Below are positions 34,053-39,085 of a stretch of 39,085 nt of DNA, one piece after another. Origin of the DNA: a virus. Lineage: Duplodnaviria > Caudoviricetes. The DNA lies in IMG/VR virus record IMGVR_UViG_3300031228_000017, positions 1 through 39,085 of that record, one strand, 5' to 3'. Numbering within the stretch: the stretch's first letter is position 1; every line of letters starts with the position of its first letter. A program made the translations under genes and the position numbers. The notes below the pieces were generated by a model. The model saw only the letters and a list, made by a program, of their open reading frames with translations, was not told the DNA's origin and made no database searches.

Positions 34053-34202
34053 ATGGAGACGGACACCGCGCAGCTTGCCGCGCTCATCGACCGGAAGGCC
34101 CGCCGCTTGCAACGCGACGCGGCCGAACTCCGGCGGCTCGCGGCGGCGCTGAAGGACACCGTCGAGGACACGACCACGGACACCCGGAGGGACACCGAAT
34201 GA
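34053..34202 (+). CDS. 49 aa coiled-coil peptide (not in the ORF track)
   Basis: ATG 9 nt after TCCGATAG; METDTAQLAALIDRKARRLQRDAAELRRLAAAL...; ATGA overlap with the chaperone gene. Confidence 0.5.
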   Translation: METDTAQLAALIDRKARRLQRDAAELRRLAAALKDTVEDTTTDTRRDTE

Positions 34203-34726
34203 GCGCCACGAAGCCGAAGATCGCAAGCCTCGCCGACCTCGGGAAGAAGCGCGAGATCGTCGCGCCCGGCCCGAGCGGATTCACCTACAGGATTCGCCCG
34301 CTGAACCTCGAACGGCACGCGCTCTCCGGGGGCCTCCCCGCGAGCCTGCGCGCGGTCGCCGCGAAGGGATCCGAGGGCGTGAACGAGCTTCTCTCCGCAG
34401 GCTCCGACGAGCAGATCGCCTCGGACGGGTCGAGCGTGAAGTCGTACCTCGACTCGCTCGTCGCCGCGGTCATCGTCGAGCCGTCCCTCTACGTCGAGGG
34501 CACGACGACGAACGAAGTCTCGGAGGACGCGATCGACGTCGTCCCGCCGGTCGATTATCAGTGGGCGCTCGCGATCGCGATGGGCGAGCATGACGAGGAC
34601 GGCGACGGACGTCGCTTGTGGGGCCGCGAGCCTCTGTCCCGGTGGGCGACCTTTCGTGTCTTCCACGGCTGCGGCGAGGATTGCGACGGCTGTAGCCAAC
34701 TACTCGACGAGCTTTCCGCGGCTTAG
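34199..34726 (+). CDS. tail assembly chaperone (G-like)
   Basis: Position between the tail tube and tape measure genes; PSGFTYRIRPL...AVIVEP. Confidence 0.7.
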   Translation: MSATKPKIASLADLGKKREIVAPGPSGFTYRIRPLNLERHALSGGLPASLRAVAAKGSEGVNELLSAGSDEQIASDGSSVKSYLDSLVAAVIVEPSLYVEGTTTNEVSEDAIDVVPPVDYQWALAIAMGEHDEDGDGRRLWGREPLSRWATFRVFHGCGEDCDGCSQLLDELSAA

Positions 34727-34874
34727 TGACGACCCCCTAGAGCAGTTTCTCATCGAGGAAGCCGTCATGTCCCGTCACTACATCGAGATCGCCGCAGTCG
34801 AGGCGCGCGAGCGTGCCCGCGAGGACGCCCGCGCCCGCGCGAAGGCGCTCGTCGCGGCCCGGAAGGGGCGGTAG
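34713..34874 (+). CDS. candidate frameshift extension (T-like) of the tail chaperone
   Basis: Frame +1 relative to the chaperone, FPRLSDDPLEQFLIEEAVMSRH..., ending 3 nt before the tape measure gene. Confidence 0.5.
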   Translation, partial: FPRLSDDPLEQFLIEEAVMSRHYIEIAAVEARERAREDARARAKALVAARKGR

Positions 34875-34877
34875 GCC

Positions 34878-36872
34878 GTGGCTCTCGGAGTGGGAGGCGT
34901 CGTCGTCGCGCGCGCCCGCGCGATCATCGACTCAGACACGCGAGGCATGGACAAGGGCCTCGACCGCTCCGAGAAGCGGTTTGCGAAGTGGAACCGCGTC
35001 GCCGTGAAGGCCGCTCTCGGCGTCGGCGTGGCGGCGGCCGTCGGCGCGAAGAAGGCGATCGACGCGGCCTCCGACCTCTCCGAGGAAATGAATAAGTCCG
35101 AGGTCGTCTTCGGGAAGAACGGAAAGTCGATCCTGAAGTGGTCGGAGGGGTCGGCTAAGGCGTTCGGCGCGTCGCGCCGGGCGGCGCTTCAGTACGTCGG
35201 CGGCTTCGGCGCGATGTTCCGCTCGATCGGCGGGATCGCCGATAAGCAAATGGCGAACATGTCGAAGGGCCTCGTCGAGCTTGGCGGCGACCTCGCCTCG
35301 TTCTACAACGCCGACACGGCCGAGTCTCTCGAAGCCATGAAGTCGGCGCTCTCCGGCCAGATCGAGCCGATGCGGCGCTTCGGCGTCTTCCTGACGCAGG
35401 ATCGAATCAAGGCGCAGGCGCTCTCGATGGGCCTCGTCAAGGCGTCCGTGGACATGGACACGGTCAAGGCCGCGCAGGAGCGCGTAGCGATCGCCGCCGA
35501 GAAGGTGAACATCGCCCGGAAGAAGCACGGCGCGGAGTCGATTCAGGCGCGGACGGCGGCCCTGACCCTGAAGTCGGCCGAGGACGCGCTCGCGAAGGCG
35601 ATCGGCGGCAAGGTGCCGACGATCTCCGCGGCGGCGAAGGCGCAGGCGACCTACGCGATCATTCAGAAGGACACGGCGGTCGCTCATGGCGACTTCGCGC
35701 GCACCGCGGACGGCGCGGCGAATAAGCAGCGCATCCTCGCGGCTCAGGTCGAGGACACGAAGGCGAAGCTCGGGATGGGCCTGCTCCCGGCCTACGAGAA
35801 GGCGCTCGGCCTGACGTCCGACCTCGTCGAGTGGGGATCGAAGCACGCGGGCATCGTGAAGGTGACGGCGGGCGTCGTCGTCGGCCTCGCCGCGGCTATC
35901 CTCGCCGTGAACGCGGCATGGAAGGTCTACTCGGCCGTGACGCGCGCGGCGACCATGGCGCAGGCGGCGTACAACATCGTCGCGAACGCGAACCCGTACA
36001 TGCGGATCGCGATGCTCATTCTCGCGATCGGGACGGCTCTCGTCGTCGCCTACAAGAAGTCGGAGACGTTCCAGCGGATCGTCTCGGGCGTCTTCGGCGC
36101 CGTCCGCCGCGTGGTCGCGTTCGCGGTCGGTCAGATCCTCCGGCGGGTCGAGGGCTTCCTCGACGCCCTCGCGCGCATGGCGCGCGCGGCCTCGAAGGTG
36201 CCGATCATCGGCGACAAGTTCAAGGGCGTTGCGGAGAAGGTCGAGGGCGCGCGCGACAAGGTTCGCAAGCTCCGCGAGGGCCTCGAAGACCTCCCGGAGG
36301 AAGTGAAGGTCGGCGTCGTCATCCGGACGACGCGCGTCGAGGGGCCGCTCGACGAGCGCGAGGGCGACCCGCGCCGCTTCGGCCGCGTCTTCGGCGGCTC
36401 GAAGACGAAGACGACCACGACGACGGCGAGCGTCTCGACGACGCCGCGGAAGAAGACCCCGAGCAAGGCGGACGCGGCCGAGGTCGATCGCAAGATCGCG
36501 GCGGCGGCGACGGCGGCGGCGAAGAAGGCGACGGCGGGGAAGCCCTCGCGCGCGGGCGAGCAGGCCGTCGCCGCGCAGAAGGTCGCCTCGACGACGGTCG
36601 GCACGATGCGCGTCGGGAAGCTCATCGCCGACGAGATCCGCGCGCAGGCCGTCGCCGCGCTCCCGGCGTCCTCGACGTCGCGCCGTTCCAGCGCGCCCGG
36701 TGCCGACTGGCAGGACGCCCTCGCGGCCCGCTCGCAGGGCATGAACGAGCGGTACGGCCTCGGCGGCGGCGCGAAGACGGTCGTCGTGAATCAGCGGATC
36801 TCGCATCCGAAGCCGGATCAGTTCGCGACGCTCGAACGCGCGAAGTTCGCCGCGTCGGCCGTCTTCGACTGA
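34878..36872 (+). CDS. tape measure protein
   Basis: Ala-rich helical; AIDAASDLSEEMNKSEVVFG, DLASFYN, SALSGQIEPMRRFGV, GDFART, ANP...LVVAYKKSETF. Confidence 0.9.
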   Translation: MALGVGGVVVARARAIIDSDTRGMDKGLDRSEKRFAKWNRVAVKAALGVGVAAAVGAKKAIDAASDLSEEMNKSEVVFGKNGKSILKWSEGSAKAFGASRRAALQYVGGFGAMFRSIGGIADKQMANMSKGLVELGGDLASFYNADTAESLEAMKSALSGQIEPMRRFGVFLTQDRIKAQALSMGLVKASVDMDTVKAAQERVAIAAEKVNIARKKHGAESIQARTAALTLKSAEDALAKAIGGKVPTISAAAKAQATYAIIQKDTAVAHGDFARTADGAANKQRILAAQVEDTKAKLGMGLLPAYEKALGLTSDLVEWGSKHAGIVKVTAGVVVGLAAAILAVNAAWKVYSAVTRAATMAQAAYNIVANANPYMRIAMLILAIGTALVVAYKKSETFQRIVSGVFGAVRRVVAFAVGQILRRVEGFLDALARMARAASKVPIIGDKFKGVAEKVEGARDKVRKLREGLEDLPEEVKVGVVIRTTRVEGPLDEREGDPRRFGRVFGGSKTKTTTTTASVSTTPRKKTPSKADAAEVDRKIAAAATAAAKKATAGKPSRAGEQAVAAQKVASTTVGTMRVGKLIADEIRAQAVAALPASSTSRRSSAPGADWQDALAARSQGMNERYGLGGGAKTVVVNQRISHPKPDQFATLERAKFAASAVFD

Positions 36873-36903
36873 CCGCCCGCCCGCGCGCTCCGATAGTCCG
36901 AAC

Positions 36904-37701
36904 GTGGAGTACGGGAACCCCGCCTCGCTCGTCACGCCCCTGGGGACGCTCACGTTCAACGGGGGCGGCGACGGGCTGCGCCTCTCGGGCGTCTCCGGCA
37001 TGGGCGGCGCGAGCGTCCGCGCGCCGATCGACTCGACGCCGCAACGCGACGGCGCGATCCTGCACCGCTTCTTCTACGGCGCGCGGCATGTCACGCTCGA
37101 AGGGCAAGTGAAGGCGGCGACGCTCGCGGCGCGCGCGACCCTGCTCGACGACCTGAAGGGCCACGCGCACGCGATCCTACGCGCCGACGGCCGTCTCTAC
37201 TTCACGCCGACGGGCCTCCCCGAGCGGTTCGTCACGGTGCGGCTTGCCGAGCCGGTGCAGATCGGCGGCGGCCCCGGCCCGGTGAAGACGTTTCAGCTTG
37301 CACTCGTCTCCGGCGACCCGTACGCGTACGGGGCGGCCGAGATCGAGACGGTCATCGCCGACGGCGCGACGACCGCGATCGCGAACGACGGGAACGCGCC
37401 GAACTACGCCGTGTTCAAGGTCTACGGGCCGTGTACGTCGTTCACGATCACGAACGGGACGTCGGGGAAGCTCATCAGCGCGTCGGGCCTCTCGCTCGGC
37501 GGCGGTGAGTACGCGGAGATCGTCACGGCGTGGGAGACGATCTACAAGAACGGCGACGGCGCGAACCTGCTCGGCTACCTCGACTTCGCGGCCGACGACA
37601 TGGAGTTCTTCCCGCTGAACCCCGGCTCGAACTCGATCACGTTCGACGCCGACGACGGCGCGGCGAGCCTGACCGTCCTCTCGAATCACGCGTGGGTCTA
37701 G
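36904..37701 (+). CDS. distal tail (Dit-like) protein
   Basis: RDGA...YGARHVTLEG...LVSGDPYAYG...NDGNAP...FFPLNPGSNSITF. Confidence 0.75.
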   Translation: MEYGNPASLVTPLGTLTFNGGGDGLRLSGVSGMGGASVRAPIDSTPQRDGAILHRFFYGARHVTLEGQVKAATLAARATLLDDLKGHAHAILRADGRLYFTPTGLPERFVTVRLAEPVQIGGGPGPVKTFQLALVSGDPYAYGAAEIETVIADGATTAIANDGNAPNYAVFKVYGPCTSFTITNGTSGKLISASGLSLGGGEYAEIVTAWETIYKNGDGANLLGYLDFAADDMEFFPLNPGSNSITFDADDGAASLTVLSNHAWV

Positions 37702-37705
37702 GCCC

Positions 37706-38827
37706 GTGGCGAACCCCGTCAAGGACTGGCGCTTCGTCCTCTGCGACTTCCTCGGCGTCCCGATCGCCGTCCTCTCGGCGGTCGCCTCCGACAAGCAACT
37801 CGACTTCAGGCTCGGCCGCCCGGCGCGCTGCTCGTTCACGGTGCCGAGCGCCGAGCCGCTCGTCAATCTGAGCCACACGGACGGGTTCCCGTACCTCTCG
37901 ACGGGCCGCCGCACGGTGAAGGCGTACCGGCGCGAGGGGGCGGCGTGGGTGCTGCGCTTCGTCGGCTACGTGTGGCAACTCGGCGACGCCGGGGACGCGG
38001 ACACGATGCGTACGGCCGTGACGTGCTTCGATCCGATGCAGCGTCTCGCGCGTCGGATCGTGCGAGACGCGCCCGGAGCGGTCACGGCGACGATCCTCGC
38101 GAACGGCGGCGGCGCGGCGATCGCGAAGGACCTCGTCGATGCGACGAACCTTCACGCGGGCGCGACCGGGATCACGACGACCGGCGGCACCTTCGCCACG
38201 ACGCCGACGCTCTCGTACTCGTTCGAGCCGGGGACGTTCATCGGGCCGACGATCGTCGAGCTTTGCGACACGGATACCGTGGACGTCTACTTCGACCCGA
38301 TCGACGCGACCGACGGCCTCCATGTCCGCATGAACGCCGTCGCGCAGCGCGGCACCGATCGGCCCCATGCGAAGTTCGGCTACGCGCGCGGGAATCACGC
38401 GAACGCCGTCTTCCAGCGGACGGAGGACATGGAGCAAGTCGCGAACGACCTCACGATCCTGGGCGGCCCCGCGGAGACGCGTCTTCAGAAGCGGCTCACG
38501 GACGCCGCCTCGATCGCCGCCTTCGGCGTCTACGAGGACGCTCGCGCGGTCACGCTCGCGACGACGCAGGATCGCATCGACGCGATCGCCGCGGGCGAGC
38601 TTGACTTCCGCGTCTCGCCGGTCGGCCCGCTGAAGGTCGTCCCGCAACCGGAGCGCGCCCCGGTGCCGTGGGACGAATACTTCCTCGGCGACACCGTCCG
38701 GCACTACCTCTCGGCGGACACGCGCGAGGCGGCCGTCGAGACGCAGCGCGTCCACGGGATCACGGTCAATATCGACGACGACGGCTTCGAGTCGGTCGGC
38801 GAACTCCTGACGGCGGCGGACGTCTAG
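37706..38827 (+). CDS. minor tail / baseplate hub protein
   Basis: Follows Dit; VANDLTILGG...FGVYE...YFLGDTV...RVHGITV. Confidence 0.7.
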   Translation: MANPVKDWRFVLCDFLGVPIAVLSAVASDKQLDFRLGRPARCSFTVPSAEPLVNLSHTDGFPYLSTGRRTVKAYRREGAAWVLRFVGYVWQLGDAGDADTMRTAVTCFDPMQRLARRIVRDAPGAVTATILANGGGAAIAKDLVDATNLHAGATGITTTGGTFATTPTLSYSFEPGTFIGPTIVELCDTDTVDVYFDPIDATDGLHVRMNAVAQRGTDRPHAKFGYARGNHANAVFQRTEDMEQVANDLTILGGPAETRLQKRLTDAASIAAFGVYEDARAVTLATTQDRIDAIAAGELDFRVSPVGPLKVVPQPERAPVPWDEYFLGDTVRHYLSADTREAAVETQRVHGITVNIDDDGFESVGELLTAADV

Positions 38828-38844
38828 CCCTCCGATAGTCCGAC

Positions 38845-39085
38845 GTGTCGAGACTGATTCAGCCGAGGAAGGGCGAGCATGACGTCGCCGCGATCATGCG
38901 GCGACTCGACGCGCTAGAGAAGGCCCCGGTCGCCGCGGGCGGGGAGGCCGCGCCGCTCCTCATCGACCATTTCGTTAGCGGTAACCCGGAGATCACGCCC
39001 TCGACGCCCGTCCCCGATCCCGGCACCGTGCAATCGACGAATTGGGTTCGGTGGTCAGACAGCGCGAACTGGACGGGCTGGCCGC
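38845..39085 (+). CDS. partial minor tail protein (3' truncated)
   Basis: GTG 6 nt after TCCGATAG; IMRRLDALEK; open to the window end. Confidence 0.55.
   Translation, partial: MSRLIQPRKGEHDVAAIMRRLDALEKAPVAAGGEAAPLLIDHFVSGNPEITPSTPVPDPGTVQSTNWVRWSDSANWTGWP

Noticed and set aside
34932-37001. Long antisense and alternate-frame Arg/Pro-rich ORFs here and throughout (e.g. 5479-6978, 24913-26604, 20248-21651)
   Set aside because: Shadow ORFs expected in high-GC DNA opposite well-supported genes; no motifs or RBS

Overview
High-GC (about 70%) temperate siphovirus, probably an almost complete genome cut inside the tail/lysis region, most likely infecting an Actinomycetota host (inference from GC content and gene content). 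Gene order: lysis (CHAP endolysin, holin); a leftward early arm of small ORFs with an intact attP (3' part of tRNA-Thr(CGT) plus arm repeats), tyrosine integrase, Xis-like HTH, DnaB, a sigma-like protein and Sak/Rad52; an XRE repressor; an array of small rightward ORFs; a second sigma-like gene; HNH, M15 peptidase, SLOG and resolvase; then HK97-type terminase, portal, protease, capsid and tail genes. The most striking structure is non-coding. (1) Eleven copies of a TTGACA-17/18-TAG(G/T)AT/TAGACT promoter cassette each drive a small unknown ORF. Nine carry a palindromic operator over the -10, ten have an ATG at the predicted +1 in frame with a second SD-led ATG, and two sit as insulated morons inside the structural operon. 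(2) Thirteen + strand copies of TCCGA(T/C)AG, eleven of them 6-10 nt before SD-less starts of late genes, suggest leaderless late promoters read by a phage sigma. (3) The other two copies precede structured non-coding segments, one a three-way junction with a kissing loop. (4) Eight copies of CGTCTAAACG. The integrase has Met at the first catalytic Arg position. All motif counts were made by eye and are minimum values.
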